Below, in pieces: positions 39,179 through 49,232 of a stretch of 64,000 bases of DNA (its first letter is position 1; the number at the start of each line of letters is the position of its first letter). The notes under the pieces were generated by a model, which saw only the letters and a program-made list of their open reading frames with translations, did no database searches and was not told the origin of the DNA. The stretch lies in assembly GCA_965214835.1 (NCBI GenBank), contig CBDCCK010000002.1, positions 2,272,001 through 2,336,000 of the forward strand. The letters run 5' to 3'. Position numbers and translations under genes: made by a program. Source of the DNA: Nitrosopumilaceae archaeon (GTDB lineage Archaea > Thermoproteota > Nitrososphaeria > Nitrososphaerales > Nitrosopumilaceae).

Positions 39179-40527
39179 GACGCCGCCTCCCTGACTGCCT
39201 GGATCATTGCACCTGCCTTGTGCTCTGTTTCCTTGAACTCGTTTTCAGGGACCGAGTCCGATACTATTCCAGCACCTGACTGGACGTACCCCCTTGTACC
39301 GTCGATGAATATGCTCCGGATTGCAATTGCAAAATCACAGCATCCGTTAAATGAAAAGTATCCAACTGCCCCCGCATAGGCTCCCCGTGATTCCGGCTCT
39401 AGCTCGTCAATTATCTCCATGGCCCTGACCTTGGGTGCGCCAGATACCGTTCCTGCAGGAAACACTGCCTTGAAGGCATCAAACATGTCTTTTTGGGAGT
39501 CAAGCGTGCCTGCGACATGCGTGACGATGTGCTGAACGTGGCTGAACCGCTTGATCTGCATCAACTCCTCTGTGTGTACGGTGCCGTACCTGCATACCCT
39601 GCCTATGTCGTTTCTCCCCAAATCCACCAGCATGGTGTGCTCTGCCAGCTCCTTTTCATCACGCAGCAGCTCCTCTGCCAGCTCCCGGTTTGTTTTTTCA
39701 TCGGCTGTGATCTTTTTTGTCCCTGCAATTGGGAATGTCTCTACCCTGTCTTGCGTGATTCGAACAAGCATCTCGGGGGATGCCCCGATTATTGTCCTGT
39801 CCCCGTGATTGAGGTGATACATGTATGGCGAGGGATTGAGATCTCGCAGCGTTTTGTACAGTGTTAGTTTGTCGCCACCTGCCTCGAACTCAAACCTGCG
39901 GGACAGGACAACCTGAAAAACATCCCCGTCATGAACATACTGCTTTGCCCTTTGCACGATTCTTGAAAATTTGGATTCGTCCATGTTTGGCTTGATTTCA
40001 GTTGAGGTAAAACCCCCAAACCCTTCCTCTGAAATCTTAAACCGATCAAAGCGGTTCTCCTCATAGTAAAAGTAGAACAGCTTTTCATGTATGTTGTCAT
40101 AAAGGATTCCGTCATCATAAATCCCGAACTCCATCAGGGGTTCCGGGGCGTTATGCCGGTTTGGGATGTCCTCGACAAGCCTGATTGAGTCATAGCATAC
40201 CACTCCTACTGCCCCTCCAAGATACCGGTATGACTGATCACCGTTGCTTCCTAGCAGTTTTTTTAGCTCTGAAAACGGATCCTTTGTGGGAACCGTTTCT
40301 GTGTTTTCTTCACTGTCAATGATCTCCACCCTGTCAGAGTACCCCCTTAGTACTATCTTGGGATCAAATCCCATCACCGAGGTCTCTGCAAGCTTTTCAG
40401 GGCCGGTCAGGGATTCAAAGAGAAACGAGTGTGAATAGTTTCGCGATATCTTGTTGTAGATTTGAAATTGGTTTTCAGACAGGTCTAGGGGCACTATTTT
40501 CGGCTGAGAGCTTCCAAAGGCGTCCAC
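39175..40527 (-). CDS. trpE: Anthranilate synthase component I
   Basis: Motifs NPSPY, SPE, EHTMLVDLGRND and GTVSGAPK. Confidence 0.96.
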   Translation of the reverse strand: MDAFGSSQPKIVPLDLSENQFQIYNKISRNYSHSFLFESLTGPEKLAETSVMGFDPKIVLRGYSDRVEIIDSEENTETVPTKDPFSELKKLLGSNGDQSYRYLGGAVGVVCYDSIRLVEDIPNRHNAPEPLMEFGIYDDGILYDNIHEKLFYFYYEENRFDRFKISEEGFGGFTSTEIKPNMDESKFSRIVQRAKQYVHDGDVFQVVLSRRFEFEAGGDKLTLYKTLRDLNPSPYMYHLNHGDRTIIGASPEMLVRITQDRVETFPIAGTKKITADEKTNRELAEELLRDEKELAEHTMLVDLGRNDIGRVCRYGTVHTEELMQIKRFSHVQHIVTHVAGTLDSQKDMFDAFKAVFPAGTVSGAPKVRAMEIIDELEPESRGAYAGAVGYFSFNGCCDFAIAIRSIFIDGTRGYVQSGAGIVSDSVPENEFKETEHKAGAMIQAVREAAS

Positions 40528-40704
40528 CCATAACCGAGACTCTAGTTGAATGTTATTTAAGTTGTAGCTCGCCGAGTTGTGAGGCCACGCTCCCCCAACC
40601 TAGGCTAGGCATGAAAACCACGGCTGCATGCAGCTCGTGGCCGATTTCAAGGGGGATGAAGGAAATCCCGTACGCTGAATTTTGAGGTCTGAGCCAGTTA
40701 CCGT

Positions 40705-40911
40705 ATGGTACGGTACCTTTATATCATATTTGATCGTACGTATGGCATGCAAAATACAGTATCTATTAGGAGAACAGTCCCAAGATCCTCTGCTCGCGAG
40801 GTTGGCTGCGATGTCTGCGGGAGGGGATTGGAGGATGGATTTTCAGTTACCGCAAAATCACTGCGAAACGGCACCGCAATGTTTTGTGACATTCATTATG
40901 AGATGCAATAA
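40705..40911 (+). CDS. Small Zn-finger-like protein
   Basis: CDVC...FCDIH pattern. The real start is probably the internal MQNTV. Confidence 0.65.
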   Translation: MVRYLYIIFDRTYGMQNTVSIRRTVPRSSAREVGCDVCGRGLEDGFSVTAKSLRNGTAMFCDIHYEMQ

Positions 40912-40936
40912 ATAACTAAGACTAGTCCAACGTGCA

Positions 40937-42025
40937 ATGGATGATCTCTACCGACTTCTTCCGGAGGAAATGGAGGACATGGTAACCAGCATGGGCGAGA
41001 GGAGGTTCCGTGCTGATCAGATACTGCTTCCCCTGTATTACAAGTATACCGAAAAAATCGGAGACATAAGGCAGCTGTCCAAGACCTTTCGCGAGGAGCT
41101 AGCGGGCAGGGGCTATACCATCGGCTCTGCAAGAGAAACCCACCGCATTGTCAGCGAGGACGGACGTACCGTAAAGTCGCTGCTTGAGCTGCCCGACGGG
41201 GCCCCTGTCGAGACCGTCCTGATGCAGTACGACCCCGGCTCTATCCTGGAAAAGCATCCCCGGTCCACCGTCTGTGTGTCCACCCAGGTGGGGTGTGCGA
41301 TGGGATGCGTGTTCTGTGCCACCGGGCAAATGGGGTTTGGCAGGCAGATGAGGGCCGAGGAGATCATCTCCCAGGTAATCCATTTTGCAAAAATCCTCAA
41401 GGAGAAAGGACAGCATGTCACGAACCTGGTATTCATGGGCATGGGCGAGCCCCTTGCAAACTATGACGAAACGGTACGCGCAATCAGAATCCTGACACAT
41501 CCAAGGGGGTACGGGATGGGGCAGCGGCACATTACCGTCTCGACGATCGGGCTGGTTCCTGCAATCGACAGGCTTGCAGACGAGGATCTTCAGATCGGGC
41601 TGGCCATTTCGCTGCATGCCCCCGGCGACGAGCTTCGGAGAAGGCTGGTCCCAACCGCCCGCCCAAGCTCCGTCTCCGAGCTGGTGTCTGCCGGAGTGCG
41701 GTATTTCAAAAAAACCGGGCGCCGTGTAACCATCGAGTATGCCCTGATTGCCGGCGTAAATGACGCCCCTAGAACTGCAAGAGAGCTGGCAGAACTGCTC
41801 AAGGGAAACGGATTCCATGTTAATCTGATACCGCTGAATCCAACTGCAGGTGACTTTTCAAGGCCTGTACGAAAAAGAGTGCTAGAGTTTGAAAAAATCC
41901 TACAGGCTGCAGGCGTGAACTGTACCGTTAGGGTGGAAAAGGGCAGTGAGATTGCCGCCGCATGTGGCCAGCTCCGAACGGATGCCGCAAGTCGGCAAAA
42001 ACCCGGCAGTGCTCACCCGGCCTGA
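40937..42025 (+). CDS. rlmN: Radical SAM RNA methyltransferase RlmN
   Basis: Motifs STQVGCAMGCVFCATG, MGMGEP, ISLHA and AACGQL. Confidence 0.93.
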   Translation: MDDLYRLLPEEMEDMVTSMGERRFRADQILLPLYYKYTEKIGDIRQLSKTFREELAGRGYTIGSARETHRIVSEDGRTVKSLLELPDGAPVETVLMQYDPGSILEKHPRSTVCVSTQVGCAMGCVFCATGQMGFGRQMRAEEIISQVIHFAKILKEKGQHVTNLVFMGMGEPLANYDETVRAIRILTHPRGYGMGQRHITVSTIGLVPAIDRLADEDLQIGLAISLHAPGDELRRRLVPTARPSSVSELVSAGVRYFKKTGRRVTIEYALIAGVNDAPRTARELAELLKGNGFHVNLIPLNPTAGDFSRPVRKRVLEFEKILQAAGVNCTVRVEKGSEIAAACGQLRTDAASRQKPGSAHPA

Positions 42026-42117
42026 TCACCGGCAAAGCCTGGACAGAAGCGGGGGCTGCTGTACCAAGGCAATCCAACAATGCAGACGGCAGATGCGGGA
42101 TGGCCCCTGACACCTCA

Positions 42118-43410
42118 TCACGCGTCTGGCCCGGAGTCGGGGGGAACGTCTCGGCGCATCTGTACCTGATGCTGCCTATGGCGATTTCGTCCCGGCCGCC
42201 CGCTATGATCCGTCAGAAGATCCTTGAGTTCCCAGGCGATCAGCTGGAATGTCGCGGGCGACAGGTGCGGATTCCCGGCATGGGCGTCGTAATCAAAGTC
42301 GACCAGGGCGGCCTCCAGGATTTCGCGGTTTTTTGCGATTACGAAATCCTCGCGCACTGACCGCGGGGCCCCTTTCGCCTCCATTCTCTTCAGCCCGACC
42401 CGAATCTCGTCTGCCAGGGCAAGGATCCGGCGGCGAATCGGGTCGAGGTGTCCCTCCGGACTGATCTTGAAGACGGTGTCCGTATCCCTGATCACGACAC
42501 GCAGGTTTTCTGGCTGCAGCTCGTATGGGGGGACGGATCCCTGCCTCTCAGCCCCTGACTCTTGCGGATGTTCGGGTTTTGCCAAACGGTTTAGAAAATC
42601 AGATCTTATCCTGCCTGCTTCCCTTCCTATTCCCTTGAACTCAGATTGTACCCTGTATGCGTGTTTTTCTATTTCCACAAAGTCAGATCCTATGACGCCG
42701 ATGTTCTTTTCTAGCTCCCTGAGCTCGGATCTTGCCAGCTCTATCCCATTTGCCATTTCATCATAGTAGGATCTTGTGCCCAGAGGCGGTTTTTTGGTGG
42801 TCTTGCGAGACGGACCTTCCAATTTCTTGAACTCGGATCTTGCCAGCTCCGCCTCCCTTTCAATTTCCTTGTAGGCGGATCTTGCAAGCTTGACCATCGC
42901 TTTGAACTCCTTGAGCAGCCCCCCAAGTTTCTTGTAGCCATCTCTTAGTTTGCCGGCCCTGTTTTCTAACAACTCGAAGACATTTTTTCTCATGGAGGCG
43001 TTTTTCCCCCCTTCCCCGAGATCGGCTCTTAATTCGCCGGCAAGCCTTGTCCATTCCATGATCCTGGCTCTTTCTATGCTGATCTCTTCTTTTAACTCAT
43101 CAAAGCTGGATCTTACCTTGCCAAGATTCCTTCCTGTCTCCTCAAAGTCAAACTCTGCTATGCCGGTACGCGATATTACCACCTCAAAGTCAAATCCTGA
43201 CCTGCATGCATCACTTCTCATTGCCTTGAGTTTTGATCTTGTCACCTCGGCCACCCTTCCCATTTCCTTGACCTTGCCTTCCATTTCCACAAGGTTGGAT
43301 CTCGTCATGCCTGTCTCCCTCCCTATCTCCTCAAAATCGGATTTTATTTTGTGAATCTTCTTTTCTATCTCCTCTATGGACTCGAGGTCTGGTTTCCTGT
43401 CTTCTGACAT
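42118..43410 (-). CDS. Uncharacterised protein with a long repetitive coiled coil and a C-terminal globular domain
   Basis: Recurring RS(D/E)F(E/K)E(I/L) units with about 14-aa spacing. A paralogue lies at 32468-33699. Confidence 0.8.
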   Translation of the reverse strand: MSEDRKPDLESIEEIEKKIHKIKSDFEEIGRETGMTRSNLVEMEGKVKEMGRVAEVTRSKLKAMRSDACRSGFDFEVVISRTGIAEFDFEETGRNLGKVRSSFDELKEEISIERARIMEWTRLAGELRADLGEGGKNASMRKNVFELLENRAGKLRDGYKKLGGLLKEFKAMVKLARSAYKEIEREAELARSEFKKLEGPSRKTTKKPPLGTRSYYDEMANGIELARSELRELEKNIGVIGSDFVEIEKHAYRVQSEFKGIGREAGRIRSDFLNRLAKPEHPQESGAERQGSVPPYELQPENLRVVIRDTDTVFKISPEGHLDPIRRRILALADEIRVGLKRMEAKGAPRSVREDFVIAKNREILEAALVDFDYDAHAGNPHLSPATFQLIAWELKDLLTDHSGRPGRNRHRQHQVQMRRDVPPDSGPDA

Positions 43411-43629
43411 GTGGAATCAGTTGAACGCATTCAAATTAAAAGATATTTGAGGGCGTGATCGCAGTTGGATGATCCCGGCAGTGCGGCGGCATCTACAGTT
43501 GAAAGCCAGCCGGCTTTGCCAGGACAGCCACGATATGCCAAAGTAATGATCCATTCTTTGGTGTGATCACTGACGGGATCCCATGCCCTGGTGCAAGTGC
43601 CTCCTTTGCACGGTACTCTACGAAATCCC

Positions 43630-43791
43630 CTACGCGGCATTGGCCACCTTTGGCTTTTCATGAAAATGCGTCTGTACTAGTGCAATGTTTGCACAGCAAT
43701 TGCATATTGTGGATATGACCAGCCGGCATACGCAGCATCTTTCAAACTCCTGTATCTCACAGCCGCATTTCCTGCACATCTTGACGTTCAT
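43630..43791 (-). CDS. Small Cys-rich Zn-ribbon protein
   Basis: MNVKMCRKCG...CCVCR...CNCC...QTH pattern. Confidence 0.65.
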   Translation of the reverse strand: MNVKMCRKCGCEIQEFERCCVCRLVISTICNCCANIALVQTHFHEKPKVANAA

Positions 43792-43819
43792 GAAGACACA
43801 CCTCAAAAAATAACCGATG

Positions 43820-44128
43820 CTAGCGTCTTTCTGCCAGCACAGACAGTATCGGCATGGCATCCCACTGGTACATGCTATACTCCAAAACGCCCGAGCAATA
43901 GCGGTCGTACTTTGCAAAAAACTCTCTTGCTTCTGGCTCGGTTGCTTCAAAGACGGCCATGGATGAGGCCTCGTTGTCAAATGGCCCAGACCACATGATC
44001 CTTCCCCTGGACTGCCAGTCATCCACGAGGGATGCAACCTGCGAGGGAAGATTCTGCATCCTTTCTGCATCTGGATCATCCTTGACGTTGCTGATGATGA
44101 CCCAGGGCTTGACTTCTGTTTGACTCAT
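43820..44128 (-). CDS. Hypothetical protein (YciI/muconolactone isomerase-like fold possible)
   Basis: GRIMWSGPF...SMAVFEA pattern. Confidence 0.65.
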   Translation of the reverse strand: MSQTEVKPWVIISNVKDDPDAERMQNLPSQVASLVDDWQSRGRIMWSGPFDNEASSMAVFEATEPEAREFFAKYDRYCSGVLEYSMYQWDAMPILSVLAERR

Positions 44129-44434
44129 GTGTGGTGTATCGCCGTTTTGATTTTAAAGATAGGAATCGTTTCAATATACTACTCCAAACCCTTGTTTCCA
44201 AAACCAAAGCAGCCAGATTTCAGTACCGTATAACAACAATTTGAAATCTTAGCCACCTATAATAATTTCAAAAGACTGCTCTACCCTTGATGAGTATGAT
44301 GCGTCTGACACAACTCATGCAAATCAGATCAATGGAGGGGGCAATCAGAGCAAAACCATTTTACACAGCTCCGAGTACGGAGCACTGCTATTGGCATATT
44401 GCAGTCACCCGACACCTCCCATTGATCCTTTTAT

Positions 44435-44878
44435 GTGGTTGATATGGGTAAGGAAATACTGTTTGCAGGCACCGCAGATGCAGAACACGTTGAAATGTAT
44501 CTAAAGGCCATTTGGCACATTACAGAGATGGGTGAAAGATGCAGGATCCGCTCCATGGCAGGAATGCTCCACATCAGGGAGCCCAGCGTCATTGAAATGC
44601 TCAAAAAGCTCCGAGACGGGGATCTGGTAGTCTACAACAAAAACCAGATATCGCTTACCGATTCGGGCCAAAAGATTGGCTCGGCGATGATGCGCAATAG
44701 TAGGCTGCTAGAAGTCATGATGTCAGATGCGCTGAAGATCGACGTTGACGGGGAGGCGGCATGCGGCATTGAGCACCACATGAACAGGCAGTTTGCCGAC
44801 GCGCTGTGTGCCATGCTGGATCATCCCAGAAAGTGCCCGCACGGCCATGACATCCACCGGGGCCCGTGCTGTGCTTAG
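44435..44878 (+). CDS. DtxR/MntR-family metal-dependent regulator
   Basis: Motifs EMYLKAI, RLLE, ACGIEHH and CPHG. Confidence 0.92.
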   Translation: MVDMGKEILFAGTADAEHVEMYLKAIWHITEMGERCRIRSMAGMLHIREPSVIEMLKKLRDGDLVVYNKNQISLTDSGQKIGSAMMRNSRLLEVMMSDALKIDVDGEAACGIEHHMNRQFADALCAMLDHPRKCPHGHDIHRGPCCA

Positions 44879-44880
44879 AC

Positions 44881-44994
44881 ATGCACGCGTGCTCATACTG
44901 TGATCAGCTCTTCGATACCAAGGAAAAGCTGTATGACCACATGGAAATCCATTCACCTTCAGACAGGAAAGCCACATCCGATTGTGGCGGTTAA
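44881..44994 (+). CDS. 37-aa C2H2 zinc-finger microprotein (not in the ORF track)
   Basis: Manual translation MHACSYCDQLFDTKEKLYDHMEIHSPSDRKATSDCGG fits C-x2-C-x3-F-x5-L-x2-H-x3-H. Confidence 0.75.
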   Translation: MHACSYCDQLFDTKEKLYDHMEIHSPSDRKATSDCGG

Positions 44995-45091
44995 AGACCC
45001 TAGATCACCAAGAGGCGCCCCTCTGCGCAGTCCATGCCCGCGCATACCCGGGAGTCCCCGGTCGTCACTGCGTGGTGCAGTCTGGAACCGG

Positions 45092-46774
45092 CTAGTCCCA
45101 CCTTGGTCCGGTGATGGCGCCCTGTGCAGACGAGCCCACCAGCGATGCGTACTTTGCTAGGGCCCCAGACGTGTAGTTGGGCTCCGGCCTTTCCCACCCC
45201 TGTCTCCTTTTTGCCAGCTCGTCCTCTGATACGTGGAGATCGATTGCCGAGGTTTCGGTGTCTATCGTAATCCCGTCGCCGTCCCGGATCAGTGCGATCG
45301 GCCCCCCGACGTAGGCCTCCGGCGCAACATGGCCAACCATAAAGCCACGGGTTCCGCCCGAGAACCTGCCGTCGGTCACCATGGCCACCTTTTTGCCCAG
45401 GCCCTGGCCCACCAGCGCCGCAGTCGTTGCAAGCATCTCCCTCATTCCGGGACCCCCCTTTGGCCCCTCGTATCGAATGACTACCACGTCTCCCTCCACT
45501 ATCTTCCCCCTGGATACCGCATCAAACGCATGCTCCTCCCTGTCAAACACCCGCGCCCTTCCGGCAAACCTCGCCATCTCGACCCCGGCAGTCTTGATGA
45601 CTGCGCCCTCGGGGGCCAGCGTTCCCTTGAGGATGACTGCAGTGCCCGTGTTGTGAATGGGGTTCTCGACTGGACGGATGATGGACTGCTCGCCGGCTGG
45701 AATGCTTGCAGAGTCAAGGTTCTGCCGGATTGTCCTGCCTGTTACTGTGATACAGTCCCCGTTTAGCAGCCCGTTGTCTGCCAGCTTTTTCATTACAAGC
45801 GGTATGCCGCCGATCCTGTCCAGGCTGTTCATGACATAGCTTCCGCCCGGCTTCATGTCTGCAATGTGCGGCGTCTTTTTCCTGATTCTCTCAAAATCCT
45901 CGTAGGTTAGCCTTATCCCCGCCTCGTTTGCCATCGACAGCAGGTGCAGTATTCCGTTGGTGGAGCCGCCCACGGCGTTTAGCATCGTAATTGCGTTCTC
46001 AAACGCCTCGTAGGTCATGATGTCGCGCGGCCTGATGCCGGTCTTGAGCAGCTTTGCGCATGCGGCGCCCGTATCATACACCATCTTTTGCCGCCGCTCG
46101 TCCTCGGCCGGCGGGCTTGCACTTCCGGGCAGTGCCAGCCCTATGGCCTCCGAGATCGAGGCCATCGTGTTTGCAGTAAACATCCCCCCGCAGGATCCTG
46201 CGTTGGGACATGCGGTGTTCTCGATGTCCTTGAGCGCCTCCAGCGAAATCTGCCCCGCATCATATGCCCCGACTGCCTCGTAAACGTCAACTACGGTAAG
46301 CTCCCTCCCATCAAGGACTCCGGGCATTATGGTTCCGCCGTAGACGAACACCGAGGGCAGGTTAAGCCTGGCCATTGCCATCATCGTACCGGGAAGGCTC
46401 TTGTCGCATCCCGCTATCCCTACTAGCGCATCGTACTGGTGCGCGCGCACCATCAGCTCGATAGAGTCTGCAATGACCTCCCTTGAAATCAGGGAGGACT
46501 TCATGCCCTCGTGCCCCATCGCGATTCCGTCACTTACTGCAATCGTTGAAAATATTCTGGGCGTGGCCCCGTTTTGCGCCACCCCCTCCTTGGCATTCTC
46601 TGCGAGGCCGGGCAGCAGTATGTTGCACGGCGTGGCCTCGTTTCCAGTATGGCATACGCCTACCATCGGCCTGTCTAGATCCTCGTCGCTGAGTCCCATC
46701 GCCTTGTACATTGCCCTGTGCGGGGCACGGGCCGTTCCGCCGACTACGTTGCGGCTGGAAATCTCCATGATCAC
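45092..46774 (-). CDS. ilvD: Dihydroxy-acid dehydratase
   Basis: Motifs [19 protein letters not shown] and TDGRFSGGT. Confidence 0.97.
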   Translation of the reverse strand: MIMEISSRNVVGGTARAPHRAMYKAMGLSDEDLDRPMVGVCHTGNEATPCNILLPGLAENAKEGVAQNGATPRIFSTIAVSDGIAMGHEGMKSSLISREVIADSIELMVRAHQYDALVGIAGCDKSLPGTMMAMARLNLPSVFVYGGTIMPGVLDGRELTVVDVYEAVGAYDAGQISLEALKDIENTACPNAGSCGGMFTANTMASISEAIGLALPGSASPPAEDERRQKMVYDTGAACAKLLKTGIRPRDIMTYEAFENAITMLNAVGGSTNGILHLLSMANEAGIRLTYEDFERIRKKTPHIADMKPGGSYVMNSLDRIGGIPLVMKKLADNGLLNGDCITVTGRTIRQNLDSASIPAGEQSIIRPVENPIHNTGTAVILKGTLAPEGAVIKTAGVEMARFAGRARVFDREEHAFDAVSRGKIVEGDVVVIRYEGPKGGPGMREMLATTAALVGQGLGKKVAMVTDGRFSGGTRGFMVGHVAPEAYVGGPIALIRDGDGITIDTETSAIDLHVSEDELAKRRQGWERPEPNYTSGALAKYASLVGSSAQGAITGPRWD

Positions 46775-46809
46775 AACACCCCGTTTCTGTAATTTAACCT
46801 TGTTTTTGG

Positions 46810-47409
46810 CTACCTGATGTCCAGGATCAGGTTGTTTGCCTCCCTTAGCTGATCCTCGATCTCCTCTGGGGTCTCAGATCCGTATGACACCAGGATCCTG
46901 TCGTCGTCCCGGACGACATAGTCTGAAATGCTTGAAACCTGGTCTCCGTTGATGTAGAATTTCAGGGAATAGGTGTCATCCGTACAGAACTGCCTTCCGT
47001 CGGGGAATATGTAGCAGTCATCTGTGACCCCTATTGACAGCGAGTCAAAGAGGTATTTCAGCGTGACACCTGTCGCGTGCCTGTGTATGGTGTCCCCGTT
47101 TTGCCCCTCAAAGTGTATCCACGGTGTCTTGATCTGGTATGCGGGCAGCGAAAAGTCAAACTTGTCACCGAACACCTTTACCAGTATGCCTGCGTGTACG
47201 TGTGCGCTTCCCAGCGCCCCTGCGTCCTCCGGGCCGCCGGGGGTATCGACTGTAAGTGTGGCAAATTCATAGCCTGCATAGGCAATAATCGCAATGACTA
47301 CGGCAAACACCGCCCCTGCAATCAGCTTGTTCTTGCTGCTTTCCTTTTGCTGTCTTGCGGCATATCTCTCGCGCTTTTCCTCGCGATCACGCTGGTGCTT
47401 CTTTCCCAT
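46810..47409 (-). CDS. Membrane-anchored conserved hypothetical protein
   Basis: Single transmembrane helix and His motifs HVHA, IHFE and IHRH. Confidence 0.75.
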   Translation of the reverse strand: MGKKHQRDREEKRERYAARQQKESSKNKLIAGAVFAVVIAIIAYAGYEFATLTVDTPGGPEDAGALGSAHVHAGILVKVFGDKFDFSLPAYQIKTPWIHFEGQNGDTIHRHATGVTLKYLFDSLSIGVTDDCYIFPDGRQFCTDDTYSLKFYINGDQVSSISDYVVRDDDRILVSYGSETPEEIEDQLREANNLILDIR

Positions 47410-47503
47410 GGGTAACCCAAACTCTGGAATTTGCCCTAATTAATGATTCGATGCATTTTGACACCAAGCGTAGCGTTGAAATAAAATAACAAACCAAAGT
47501 TTT

Positions 47504-47911
47504 TTGATGGACTGCATCTTTTGTGACATCCTAGACGGCAGGACAACTGCATACGTAATCTACGAGGACGAAAGACACGTGGCGTTTTTGGACAAGTACC
47601 CCATTGATCACGGCCACAGCTTGGTGATACCTAGATCCCACCATGAAAGAATCACCCAGATGGAGCCCGGTGCGGTAGGCGATCTGTTCTCCCGGGTTCC
47701 GAAAATAGCTGGCGCCATCCTTGATGCTACCGGTGCCGACGCGTTCAGCCTGGGGCAAAACAACGGGCGGGAGGCAAAGCAGATCGTGCCGCACGTTCAC
47801 GTGCATATCATCCCCCGGTACCGGGACAGGGGGGCCGTCTGGACCAAGCGGGGCATTGCAGGCGAGTCCGAGCTATCCGAGCTTGCCGTCAAAATAAGGT
47901 CACACATGTGA
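47504..47911 (+). CDS. HIT-family hydrolase
   Basis: Motifs CIFC and HVHVH. Confidence 0.93.
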   Translation: MMDCIFCDILDGRTTAYVIYEDERHVAFLDKYPIDHGHSLVIPRSHHERITQMEPGAVGDLFSRVPKIAGAILDATGADAFSLGQNNGREAKQIVPHVHVHIIPRYRDRGAVWTKRGIAGESELSELAVKIRSHM

Positions 47912-49192
47912 CTATTTCACATGTCCCGGATTGTATCTCAGGATGGCCCCTACCTTGCCAAGGCTTGCAAGCATCGAGCCGTGCTCTGCGGTTCCAGAGA
48001 CCACCTCGATTTTCGAGCCCGTCTTTGCAGACAGCAGCGACAGATAGTCCACAATGTCCTGTTCGCGTATCTCCGAGCCCGCGGCCTTGCACTCGGGACA
48101 CGGCAAGCTGGCAAACTCTGTCTTTTTGGGGATCACCTGTGGTCTTTCGATGATTGCGTCCTCCACGTGGCCACATCTCTTGCATGTAGACTCTACGCGG
48201 TACAGGTCTGTATCATCGGTGATGATCAGCGTCCCAACGACGTTGTTTTTTAGCAGCTCGACTACCTCCTTTAGGCCGTATGCGCCCAGGCCAGTATGGG
48301 AGTTTACATGCCTGAACAGCTCCTCGATGATCCTCCTCTCCTCTACCATCCTAAAGTCCGAAAGAATGTCGCCTGACTTTGTAAACGCCTCCCTGATCCC
48401 TTCTGCGCCTGCATAGGATGAGTCAATCGTTGAGATTATCATCTCCTGCAGGCGGTACTCGAGGTACCCTCCGTTGATAAAGTCCTCCTTTGTCGGACCC
48501 GGCCCTGAGATTATCAGCCCCTTGATGGGGTAGATGTCGATGAAAAACTCCCTTGTCACCCCTGCCACCCTGTTAAAATAGTACGTCAGCTCCATCTCCC
48601 TTAGCCTCTGGAATCTCTTTGCTGACTGTCCCCCCTGCCTGTGCTTTCCTGCGACCCCGGAGGACGTGTGTGTCAGAACCTCGATCTTGTCCCCGTGCAG
48701 CAGGCCCCACCCGGCATCCTTTGCATCAAGGGCCAAAAACCCAACCAGGTTGTCATCCTTTAGCATATCCTTGAGGATGTCGACGTGAAAGTGATCATCG
48801 CACCGGTACAGATACTGCTTCAAGTCCTTTGGCGGGTCGATCTCCCACGCCCTTACCACCTCGCTCCCGAGAGGGCCCCCGTCCTCGGGCGGCAGGGCCC
48901 CGCAGAATATCACCAGCCCCCTCTCGGGGGTCTTTTTGTATAGCTTTAGCCTCTGAATCACCTTTCCAAGCGAGTCGACCACGTGGCTTCGGGTCAGATC
49001 TGACTTGATATTGCCCGCCGTACCCTGCTCCTGCTGAAGCGTGCCTATGATCTCGTGAAGCTGCCTTCCCTTGGGTATGTATACGCTGATCAGCTCAGTG
49101 CCCCTGCCTGACTTTTGAGACAGCTCATCAAGCGCCTTTCTGATTTTGTACATCTTAACCGAGTCCTGTTTTTCAATGTTGATCCTGCCCAT
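47912..49192 (-). CDS. prf1: Peptide chain release factor aRF1
   Basis: Motifs NIKS, YRCD and GGQS. Confidence 0.97.
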   Translation of the reverse strand: MGRINIEKQDSVKMYKIRKALDELSQKSGRGTELISVYIPKGRQLHEIIGTLQQEQGTAGNIKSDLTRSHVVDSLGKVIQRLKLYKKTPERGLVIFCGALPPEDGGPLGSEVVRAWEIDPPKDLKQYLYRCDDHFHVDILKDMLKDDNLVGFLALDAKDAGWGLLHGDKIEVLTHTSSGVAGKHRQGGQSAKRFQRLREMELTYYFNRVAGVTREFFIDIYPIKGLIISGPGPTKEDFINGGYLEYRLQEMIISTIDSSYAGAEGIREAFTKSGDILSDFRMVEERRIIEELFRHVNSHTGLGAYGLKEVVELLKNNVVGTLIITDDTDLYRVESTCKRCGHVEDAIIERPQVIPKKTEFASLPCPECKAAGSEIREQDIVDYLSLLSAKTGSKIEVVSGTAEHGSMLASLGKVGAILRYNPGHVK

Positions 49193-49232
49193 GCCACAAC
49201 CATCCCGTCCTGTTCATATTAAGCTTGATTGG

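Noticed and set aside
40937-42025. Cfr-type antibiotic resistance methyltransferase
   Set aside because: The MGMGEP motif and AACGQL end fit housekeeping RlmN, and nothing visible is Cfr-specific.
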